NCBI GenBank assembly: GCA_964019425.1
Contig: OZ025804.1
Location: forward strand, 558,001-622,000
Source: Flectonema sp. DT1601
Taxonomy: Eukaryota
Direction: 5' to 3'
Length of the DNA stretch: 64,000 nt
Shown piece after piece: positions 21,181 to 31,500 of the stretch. The notes beneath the pieces were generated by a model, which was not told the DNA's origin, did no database searches, and saw only the letters and a list, made by a program, of their open reading frames with translations. How positions within the stretch are numbered: the first letter of the stretch is position 1; every line of letters begins with the position of its first letter. The translations under genes and the position numbers were made by a program.

Positions 21181-23859
21181 TCACATCAAAAAACTAGAAT
21201 ACATTTTCAGCTGTTGCATTGCAACAAAGACAACGATGGTAAACAACCAACAGAAAGCGACGCAGAGCCAAATAATTTGATTGTTGATTCTGAAAATGGA
21301 ATGATTGATTTTATCTAATTCAACCGTCTGTTGGTTTTTTAGATACCAACTATTCTCAACAATAGATGATGTGAAGGAAGACGTATCTGACGACGATTCA
21401 ACTTCGCGTAGTTTATCGAGAGCGTTGGGAGCAAAGACTCGCATCACAGTCTCCGCCAAGATCTCCGAGTGAATTCGAAAAGTTCCATTTAGAAAACGAA
21501 GATTGCGATCATATGCTCTTCTAACATGATTAACAACTGGGAGAGCTCTGTCTGACCAATTTCCGTTTAATACGATTGCCAGTTCTTTATGAATCGGTTC
21601 CAGTGAACGACCATCACCCACCACTGAAGACAAGTGACTATCAAAAGATAATAAGTAACTGTATTCAGAGGTCATTAAAAAAGCACTCATACTAGCTATC
21701 AGTTTACTTGTAGCAGTTGTGTGTTTTAACAATTCAGTTGAAAGACTGAGATATGCACTGTCACAAGTCTCTTGAGGTGACCAGTGACATATTCGATGCC
21801 AACCACAAACTGTTTTATTAGATATCGATGAGCACGATGAGTAGTCTTTATTTGAAATTATTTCCATGCATCGAATTATTTCAAGTGATTTAGCTTTTCT
21901 AGACTCTGCGTCAGGTACAATACAAGACTGTTCCTTTGTTCGAAGAGGAAGGTACATTCTGCTATCTAATAACTCATCAAAGATGGTGACCAATTCCATA
22001 GAAGCTGTATTCCACTTTGCATCAACAGACGATGCAAAAGTTTCAACCTGTGATTCCAACTCCGACACCACTGAGTTATCCCCTAACTGTTCATGTGTGG
22101 TGTATACTTCATGAAATTTATTAGTTATGAGGGTGTTCCATGATTGAAAAAGAGGTTTTATTGACAATGCCAATTCATGAATTCTCGTCAACTCAACAGC
22201 AGATATCACAAAGGGATTCTTACCATGATAAGCTCCTTCATTATTGGAAGACGATCTGAGTTCTAAATCCAACAACAAATTCTCCTGTTCACTCAGAAGC
22301 ATGTCAACTGTGTTAGGTGTTGTCATATTTCTTAATAACGATTTTCCAGAACACATTTTAATTTCCAGCGTGTTTAAGAGGACGTCATTTAGTAGTTTTA
22401 TTGCTTCATATCTGTTTGTTGTTTCTTCATATCCGTCTTCAATAATATTTCTACAGCTATTTATAGCTTGTCTGCAACAAGATAATTCAATCAGGGCTGC
22501 AATGCATACAAGGAGAATATTTTTATGATGAGGACCCAAAAGTGATATTTCTGGAAAGTCAAGTCTCGTGAAACCAGTAAAGCTGCCGCTGACTAATACC
22601 TGAGCAGAGTATAAGATTCCCAGCGATGCTGACAACAATACAATCCCAACCAATGAAAACACGAATGTAAAATAAAACGGTTCCGGTTGTCTGTATGGCA
22701 TGCTGCTATTACCGTGTACCGAATAACCATAATCAATAGTCAAAGTATGGAATGAAACAACAACGAAGTCACCCAATACCAACGACGAGTCGAGAGGCTC
22801 TGCAGCATTCACAAATCGAATTAATTCTTTCAAATCTCTGTTAGCATTCGGACTTATATCTTTTCTGTGTATGATAGACGTATGACCATCTTGTCTGAAC
22901 CACTTTCCTCTAAGAACTTGATTAAATAAAGTAAGGTTTGCCGACATCATCGCCTGAGCATCTGTTTCAACTCCCTCACTAAGAGTTTGAATCATAGCGG
23001 CAGCTTGGTTCTCCGTATCAGTGACTCGTTGATCCAGATTGTGCTCATGCATCTCATTGTTGGTTCTCAAAAAAAGATAAAAATTAATTTCTACCAACGG
23101 AAGTAACGTTCTTAATTTACTAAAATCAAGTCGAAGGCTGGATCTCTTGTGAATGTCTGCCTCGTCTTCTAACAAGTTCTCTGACGCAGTAATATGATTC
23201 TCAAGTGATAAAAATATCGATCGATGAATTGATAATATTTCAGTTCTCAAGGTCATCATCGTGCTGTTGAATACCGTGACTTCTGTTGTAGCTTGTCGAT
23301 CTACTCCAGCAGCAATATTCCATTTTTTGATTGAATCAACGAGGTCTGTGATGTCATGGCGTAGTCTCACGACTGATACTTTACCATTCTCAAGAACCGC
23401 ATCTGATGAGAGAAGAATGTCCTGCAAGTTACTAACAATAACATCACTAGTATCTGTGGTATTATCCCAAAGACTTCCTTGTAGAATAGTGGCGATGTGT
23501 TTTTCTTGTAAGAGGCTAAACTGGTAGTGAAGGTCGTGGATTTGAACCAACGTGCTAATTCCGTTGTGATATTCTGCGTATTTAAGTTTCTGATCTTCAA
23601 GTCCGATGACTACCCTGGTTGTGTAGAACACACACAGAAGTGGTATCACACAGAATCCGATTAGGATAGCTCTTTTTTTATTCTCTTGTTTACTTCCTGT
23701 TGCTAGCGAGTTAAAAAGAGATCTCTCTGAGATGGCTTCTTCTTCTTCTTCGTCTTCTTCGGCTTCCTCGTCCTCTTCTTCTTCTTCTTCTTCTTCTTCT
23801 TCTTCCTCAGCGTTAATTTCATTATCAGGAGCGCTGTGGTACTTTAGCCCACTTGACAT
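21181..23859 (-). CDS. Uncharacterised multi-pass membrane protein with an acidic N-terminus
   Basis: 892-aa ORF with a poly-E tract, hydrophobic segments near aa 63-85, 395-420, 447-460 and 865-885, and long helical regions between them. Confidence 0.75.
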   Translation of the reverse strand: MSSGLKYHSAPDNEINAEEEEEEEEEEEEDEEAEEDEEEEEAISERSLFNSLATGSKQENKKRAILIGFCVIPLLCVFYTTRVVIGLEDQKLKYAEYHNGISTLVQIHDLHYQFSLLQEKHIATILQGSLWDNTTDTSDVIVSNLQDILLSSDAVLENGKVSVVRLRHDITDLVDSIKKWNIAAGVDRQATTEVTVFNSTMMTLRTEILSIHRSIFLSLENHITASENLLEDEADIHKRSSLRLDFSKLRTLLPLVEINFYLFLRTNNEMHEHNLDQRVTDTENQAAAMIQTLSEGVETDAQAMMSANLTLFNQVLRGKWFRQDGHTSIIHRKDISPNANRDLKELIRFVNAAEPLDSSLVLGDFVVVSFHTLTIDYGYSVHGNSSMPYRQPEPFYFTFVFSLVGIVLLSASLGILYSAQVLVSGSFTGFTRLDFPEISLLGPHHKNILLVCIAALIELSCCRQAINSCRNIIEDGYEETTNRYEAIKLLNDVLLNTLEIKMCSGKSLLRNMTTPNTVDMLLSEQENLLLDLELRSSSNNEGAYHGKNPFVISAVELTRIHELALSIKPLFQSWNTLITNKFHEVYTTHEQLGDNSVVSELESQVETFASSVDAKWNTASMELVTIFDELLDSRMYLPLRTKEQSCIVPDAESRKAKSLEIIRCMEIISNKDYSSCSSISNKTVCGWHRICHWSPQETCDSAYLSLSTELLKHTTATSKLIASMSAFLMTSEYSYLLSFDSHLSSVVGDGRSLEPIHKELAIVLNGNWSDRALPVVNHVRRAYDRNLRFLNGTFRIHSEILAETVMRVFAPNALDKLREVESSSDTSSFTSSIVENSWYLKNQQTVELDKINHSIFRINNQIIWLCVAFCWLFTIVVFVAMQQLKMYSSFLM

Positions 23860-24031
23860 ACCTGTGATTTACTACTAAGGTGAGATCTGATAGAAAGAAA
23901 AAAATTAGATAAATTATTTTCAAAGAATCCTTCAATACAAACACAGAGTCAGTTATAATAAGAAGTCTAAAACAAAAAAAAAATGATTGTTTCAGAGTTT
24001 GGTAAAAATACTTTTTTTTTTTTTTTTTGGT

Positions 24032-25991
24032 TTAATTTAACCAGTTAGAGTCTTTAATATAAAATATCACGTCTTTGAGAATGGTCTTTTTCTTATTTCA
24101 ATAGTTGATATGACTCTATTGGACTCGTCTTCAGCATCTTCTAAGTTACTAAATAGTTTTGGTTGATCCTGTTTTGTTATATTACTGTAAAGGGTTACAA
24201 AACATTCGTACAAGGATTACATAAGAAACCTCTGATCTCTACTCAACAGGTGAGGGGGTCAGGGAGGAACAAGTCATACCTTATATAAAGAACTAACGAA
24301 TTGTGGGTTTGCTTCTGCCTCTTCCGCACGAGATGTAAGTGCTTCTACTGGATCCGATGTTGATGCGTGACCCTTAGCAACTAAATGAGGAAGGTAATGT
24401 TGAAGAAATCTGTGTAATTTATTAGTTTGTGTTAATCGTATGAGTAACTCACATATTCTCATTGAGATGTAATCATAATAAAGAAAGCATACGCTGTCTG
24501 CTTTGAAGGACCTGCCGCAGAGCCTTTAGTACGATAGTCACTGTCGGCAACCGGCTCTGGAGTTGGATTTTGCTTCGTTGAGGTCCTGCGGGTTTTATTT
24601 TCACGATCACCCCAAGCCTGCGAGTCGCTGTCGTTTGTTGGACATATAATTCTGCCTACAGGCTTCACTATTTGATCGCCGTCTATTTTTCCAGATTTTT
24701 GTAACCCCAAAAGAACACCTTTCAGAGACACAATCGGATTATAAAAAACGTGACAATTTCCATCCTGAGACCCGACTAGAATTTGATTTAACGATGTTGA
24801 CCAAACTACTTTACTAACGCTGCCAACTCCAACAGGAGCAGCAGCGATATTCTCAAGAGTGAGTGAGTCTAAAATAACCAGCTGTCCAACATCACCTGTG
24901 ACTGGGTTGGCTGCCGTTCCAACAGCCAGAAGTTTTTCGCTTGGCCCATAAGCAATATTCGAGTTTTCGTAATATAGAGGAAGATCATCGCGGATGACGA
25001 CCGGTTTTTTGATATTACGAGTGTCCCACAGAGCTACAGTGCCGTCACCCCTTCCGACAACGTACCGTCCATCGGATGAAGTTACAGCATGCGTTATCAT
25101 TTCAGTCTTTGATCCTTGCTGTATCTCCATACTTGCTCTTTTTAGTTCAGTTGATCTTCCCCATATACGAATAGCACCATCATCACCTGTTGTTATGAAT
25201 GCTTTTTTACTTCCATTTAGACCAGCGAACATACATCCGTTGCGAGGCCTTCCATGAAGCCAAACTTTTATCTGTCGGGTATCGGCTGTTTCGGGATTCC
25301 AAAGTCTAGCTGTTCCATCATGTGAAGATGTTATAATTGTATTGTCATCATCACTAAGATAAGATGCAGAAGTCGTTCTGTCAGTATGTCCTCTGGTCAT
25401 TTGCTGTTGCATAATGTAAACATCTCCGGTGGCAAATTCTTTCAACTCCGCCCCATCTCTTGAGAATATCATTGGCCTTCTATGACTTAGAGATGCCACA
25501 TATGTCTCACCAGATGATGAAAAGCACAAGTCATTAAGAGGATATCCGTCAAAGGGAGTGTGTGTTTTAAACGGACGAAAGTTTGAATCCATTCCACTAA
25601 AGTGCCACAACTTAACATTATAATCTAGTCCTCCAGTGACAAGACGAGTACCTGTCCTGTCAACTGCGATCGCTGATACCGTCTTTTCATGTGATTTCAA
25701 TAATGCTTTATGAGTTATTGGGAGAGCTATCTTCCCGCTGTTAATTTCGTGGACTTCCTCCGGGGCTTCAATCTTCGCTGCAACCTCCGATTCTCGGTGG
25801 GCTTCCGGGTGGGTATATTTTCTCATCGTAGTTTCCCTGACATTTTTCGTCCCTCCCATCGCTGCGACCATCGCGTTTGCGAATGAGCTATTCATCGATA
25901 TGCCAGCTGACTTACCCCCTGGCTTCTTAACTGACTTCTTACCAAATCCACTGAATCCCATCGCCTTCTCCATGTCGGATTTGAAGCTCAT
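24032..25991 (-). CDS. WDR70: WD40-repeat protein WDR70/GAD-1, with 3' introns
   Basis: Motifs MGFSGFGKK, LPITH..LKSHEKTVSA, DYNVKLWHFSGMD, GDVYI..TRGHT and YNP..SLKG. The spliced C-terminus DPVEAL..AEEAEANPQFV..YK|DQPK matches the family. The 3' end is approximate. Confidence 0.88.
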
Positions 25992-26403
25992 CTTCTTGTG
26001 CACTCTGTTGATAAAACATGTTACTAATATAACGAAGGATAATAAACAGATGATGCGGGAAAGCGCGCCATTCTACACCTGACGTGACTCTTTTATCTCC
26101 TTTTCTCTGTTACATTTGAAGTTCATCTTCTTCTGCATTCTGTTGATAAAATAAATACTTAGCATTGCGACCAGTGTACGACAAACAAAAACACACGTAC
26201 GGCGAAACGATCGCCACGAGAAGGGACCACAAAAAACAGCACAGCACACTGCCAGCACTCAATCCATTCTATTTGTGTAAACGTTTAGTTAGGTAATATG
26301 GTTCCCTTGGTAGTTACCAATTTATAAAGCTGTGATAAACACATTCTAATTATTCCTTCTGTTCCCTACTACGACATTCATTCAGAGAACAACCTTCCTT
26401 CTC

Positions 26404-27987
26404 TTACGGAGACCACTCCATGTTGACATCTTTTGGATAAAATGGTCTAGGTAGCCTATCATACTTCAGTGTCGGAAGGTCAGCATAAACAGCACCTGGA
26501 GACAGAGCCAAGAGATTAGTTGTAGCCACGGCTTCAAGATCTGGTACGAGGTAACCAATTTTTATAATAAGTAAATCAAAAACTGAATCCTTCAGAGGTC
26601 GTTGAAGCTGTTCGAAGTCTGAGTAGTAATGAAGAGGCTTACGAGTACTGCAAACAACAATATCTACGTTAGGAGATGAGACAGGTGACAACACCACCGA
26701 GGGAGGCATAGTCGTCTGGTATGATAGACCTTCATAGTTGAACAAGTACTCTGTTTCTGATCGATGACAATATCTTATTATAAATTCCGTATTCCTAACT
26801 GGTTCTTCATATGTACTTTTCACAACAGCTCCCAACGAAGGAACTTCTACCCTGTCACCCACAGAGAGAGCCAGACAGTGAAAAACTGCTTCCTTATCGA
26901 CGGGTCCCTGAACTAGTGTTTTTAGGGGAAAGTTTTTATATTTGTGTACAAACTGTCTGACAAAGGTCGGGGTATCACCGACTCCTCCGGCTGTAGGATT
27001 ATCGCCTGAGTCGCTTATGATGGTCAAAGATGACTTCTTTTGATCGAACAGGGAGACAGCCTTATCAATACACCACTCTACGTTACCTGATTCTACAGGG
27101 AAAACAAATTCTGATCTTTTACTCCAAATTGAATTAGCTATTCGGGTAGCGTGTTTTAATCCAATGTCGTGATCAGATGACTTGTGAGTTACTAATACAG
27201 AGCAACCAGATCGAGGTTCATCAGCCCAACAGTAACCTACTAAGATGGACGCATCAATTATCTCTTTTTCATCATCTGCTTCATGAAGAACTGTTGTGTA
27301 AATTGTCTTACTCGGTTCGAAAGATGTATTTGACATTTCACCGCTTACAACGAGTGGGACCTTTATATAGGTGACGGTGGGTTTTGTTGATGATACAACA
27401 GACTTCTGTAGTAGATGAAGTGCGCGAACTCGAGTTTCAAAGACGTCAATGTGAGGAGCAGTCCTGTATGCTGTCGTTATATTTATCGACTTCTGCATCC
27501 GAATTGAAAAGTTTCCGTGAAGGTCAAACGACGCACATAAAACACAATCTTCCCCAACAATCTCCCTGACTATCGATGACAGTTCTCCTTCAGCATCATC
27601 TTCACCCTCAGCATTCATTGCTCCGTGGTAGTCTAACCAGACACCAGATATGTTCTGTTGTTCTTCATCTCTAATTTTTATTAAGTTGTTTGACAAGTTT
27701 GTTTTAATAGTTTCAAAGGCTACCTTAGAGATGACCCCCCCTGGCATGGCTCGATACCGACACACATATCTGAGTTTTAGTTTTGAAAAGTCATCGTCCA
27801 TGGGAGGTATGCTGCCAGTTAGGTCTAGTTTTTGACCCTTGGTGACACTTGTGATTTTTAAATAAGTTTTCATCATATCTTCCTCAGTCTCTGAGGTGTG
27901 AAAGTCTTCTAATTCAGTGAGCTGAGGAGAAAAGGTAGCATTTTCACATCCGATTCCAACAATCGCCACTACTGGTCTCGAATTCAT
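26404..27987 (-). CDS. MlrC / M81 family metallopeptidase
   Basis: Motifs GIGCENATFSP, LDYHGAM..DDAEG, SFDLHGN, YRTAPHID, DSGDNPTAGGVGD and RLPRPFYP. Confidence 0.9.
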   Translation of the reverse strand: MNSRPVVAIVGIGCENATFSPQLTELEDFHTSETEEDMMKTYLKITSVTKGQKLDLTGSIPPMDDDFSKLKLRYVCRYRAMPGGVISKVAFETIKTNLSNNLIKIRDEEQQNISGVWLDYHGAMNAEGEDDAEGELSSIVREIVGEDCVLCASFDLHGNFSIRMQKSINITTAYRTAPHIDVFETRVRALHLLQKSVVSSTKPTVTYIKVPLVVSGEMSNTSFEPSKTIYTTVLHEADDEKEIIDASILVGYCWADEPRSGCSVLVTHKSSDHDIGLKHATRIANSIWSKRSEFVFPVESGNVEWCIDKAVSLFDQKKSSLTIISDSGDNPTAGGVGDTPTFVRQFVHKYKNFPLKTLVQGPVDKEAVFHCLALSVGDRVEVPSLGAVVKSTYEEPVRNTEFIIRYCHRSETEYLFNYEGLSYQTTMPPSVVLSPVSSPNVDIVVCSTRKPLHYYSDFEQLQRPLKDSVFDLLIIKIGYLVPDLEAVATTNLLALSPGAVYADLPTLKYDRLPRPFYPKDVNMEWSP

Positions 27988-28533
27988 TTTGTTTTGGTTT
28001 GTTTTCCTAATTAGTAGAAATGTAATCGAAATAACAAACTAATCCCAACCATGTCAAAGACCTACGGAGATAATCCGACAACAAGTAAAAGGTTGAACTA
28101 GTGTAAATAGAAATGTAAAAACAAAACAACAAATTGAGTTAGTTATGTGATTAGAAAAAACAAACTTCTTTTGGAAAAAAGAAGTCAAAGTCACAAGTAA
28201 CTAACATGAGCTAACTTATTTTGTATCTTTTTTTTGTGAATGCAAAAAAGATTTAAAAAAAAAAAAGAAGGAAAAAAATCGTTCGTTTGTGTACAGAGTA
28301 ATAATCATCAGGTGAAAACTGTAAAACGATAGCGCCCTACTAATATTTTTTATCTTACACTTTGTCAGCTGAAGACGGAGCAAAAAAAAAAAAAAAAAAA
28401 AAAAAAAACATCTTAACAATAGTAACTTAACACTATGAAGTACACAAACCATAACTAAAATCGTGAGACAATACTATTCCGTCTGAAGACCTCTTTTGAA
28501 AATAATTACCAAAACAAAAATACGATATTAACT

Positions 28534-31500
28534 CTAAATATTCTTAGAAGATATCGCTTCAAGGGAAGTACCTGTTATCCCGCTCACTGATGACACCTTT
28601 CCAGACTCCCATGAAAACCAAGGAGGCAGTGAAAGGGAAGTGTCAACTGGTTTCCACATATTAGAACCACAACCAGAGCAGACTAAGTTATTAGTCACTT
28701 GACTATCTAATGACCAGGGAATAGGAGGAGGGTATGGACTAGTCCCAGATAACTTTAAGTCAGGATATCTCACAATAACTGGAGGAGAACACGCCCTAGA
28801 TTTATCAACAACTGAAGAAGGTTTACATTTACTCAACTGTGATTCTATCTTTAGATTAACACAATAACTCACCACAGCTCCAACACAAGTTACAATAACT
28901 GAATTGCAGTACCGACCACTTTGTGTTTCAGGTATTGGTATTTTATTAAACTTGGCAGTGCTAAGAGTAGCGCCCTGACTAACCATTTCTAATTCTTTTA
29001 AGAGAATCCTTTTACTGTTTTCTACTTCGGGTGATGGTGGAGGGGCAGTGAGAAGGAAACCATCCTTTTCAATAACAGAGAACTGTCCAAGTAGTTTTCC
29101 CTGCTTAGACATGTCAGTTGCAATGCTGAGAAGTAACTCTAACTCGTGAACTCTGCAAAGAGCGATAGTCAGTCGGTCTTTTAGTTTTGATCTCTGATTG
29201 ATGCAGTGGCTATCATAACAATCAGATTTCCCATTCAAGGCAACTGTCGAGTTGAGGATCGGAACGATATCCAACGACTCTGGTTTATTGTTTTCATTCG
29301 AAGAAGCCGCCACTGTCATTGTCGTCATGAAATTAATACCAGCAGTCTTACTAACCCTTGGGGATGTAACCAACACATCAAAAATGCTATTCGACCGCTG
29401 CTGATGTTTTATGAACAACTCAAAACAGAGTTCTTCCCGAACTCTGCATACCACCACCAGCGTGACGGCCGCAGCAACACCGCAGCTTAGCGTCTGAGAA
29501 GTCAGTTCAGGATTCTTGTTGTCACAGACGGCCTCAGCTGGAGTAGGATAAATTACTTTCAACGGTTGACAACTAAAGATTCCGTTGAATGTTGCTGGTA
29601 CAAATTGATCACAAAAAACAGAAAATTGAACAGTTTGGTACTGCAACAGAAGCTCTAACGATGAGACCTTACATTTATTACCGAGGAGTTGGGAATGCTG
29701 GGATGTAACGAGGGAGCCTTGGTCGGCTAGCTCAAGGTCTCGGTCTGCAATCTTCTCTTCTAGACTTCGTATTGAAATATTCAATTCATCAATCACTGTG
29801 GTCGACTGGAGGTAATTCTGCCTTCGTTGTTCAGACTCAGGCACTAGTTTCTGAATAGTAGTTTCAGCCGCATGGCAACGTCTTTGAAAAGACCGAAGCA
29901 TTTGGGCAACTTCTCTCCGCCTCTGTAATGTTTTTTGATCTGATAACCCTCCATTGTCAGACACAGCTACCTCCAAACGGGCAACGTGTTGCTCTGCAGC
30001 GTGGCAACGTTCAAGCAAATCACTCGGTGGATAGTTTTTTATTTCCGATTCATGAAGACGAGACAGTAAGATAGTCGCGTCATATGAATAATTCACAACA
30101 CTATCAGAACCACCCAACACAGCTTCCAATTCCATAACGCGATTCGACAAAGATGTAGGGGAACCACGCTTCACTAATGATTCATATTTTTCTTCTGCTG
30201 CTTCGCACCTCGCAAGCATATCTGATAAGAGATCAGCCATCTCACTAGAGTTGGGTATTGGGTTGTGCACCAGGTGAGCGTCTTTTTCTGCCAATTGTTG
30301 TTCAGCTTCTCTACAGCGGGACATCAGGTCTTGTATTAAAGAAGTCATTTCTCGTGATTTGGCAGGAGGGAGACTAAGTGAAGAAGGATTAACAGGAACA
30401 TTCGGTAACAGTGAAGGTTCCTCAATCGGCGTGTTAGCGATTGACGTATTCACGTTCATCAGTGATGAAGGGGATGTGGTATTTGTTATTGCATTGAATG
30501 TCAGCTCACTTACTCGTCGTTCAAGAAGGGATAGTTGCTTCTTTCCCTGGCTGACTTCCTCTTTTTGATTTTCATTGAATCGACATTGATCATCAGCTTT
30601 CCGAGTTAATCTTTCAACGGCTTCCATTAATTCAGTATTCTTACTCGAAAGCTGCTTGTTGTCCTTCTCAGCTTCCGCAAGCATGCCGCGCGTAGAGGAG
30701 ATTTGCCTTGCCGTTGCTTCTTCTAATTTTTCAATGTAGTTGGCCGCATCGGCTCCTCCAATTTTCCTAACCAGATCTCGGTATTTTCCTTCGGTTTTTT
30801 TTAAACTTTCCTGCGAGTGTTGGTAATGTAGCGTCTTAGCTTGAAGCTCATTTTTCAATGCCTGAACGAGATCGTCGGCGTTCTCGGCTCGGTGCTCACT
30901 CTCAGAAAGTGATTTTTTGACCGACAACACCGCCGCTGAAAGTTTTTTCCTCTCCAGATCTGCAGCATGCAGGCGGTCTTGCAGCATGGAATTGTGTGTT
31001 GCCTGTACCTTTCCATCGTCCTCAGCAACTAATATAATTCTTTTAAGCCGATGAATTTCGTTGTGGTAGTCTTCAGAGTATGGGAGCGGAGTGGGAAAGC
31101 CTTCGATCAACTTCTCCTGGAGATCGAATATTTTACTGGCAGCATCATCTGCTGCGGAGCGATGCTCTGCAGAACGCTTCTGGGCTGAAGCGATTTCAGC
31201 AACTAAGAGATTATTTCTATTTTCAAGGCTATCAATAATTCTTTCCAAATGCTCCGATTGGTCTTGAACTTCTAACCTATCAGACGTTACTCTGTCTAGT
31301 CTACCCTGTTGTTCTGCAAATCTTGACGAAAGTGACAGCAAATGACTTTTTTCTCTTTGCAAATCGAGAGATAACTTTTCAACTTCAGATTTCAATGACA
31401 CGTTTTCAGCCGATATTTTCTTACCGGCACTGTTCAAATCCCGTTCTTGCAGCAGTTCTTCCCTCAACGAGGCAAGCTCCGCCAATGCCGCGAACAGCCT

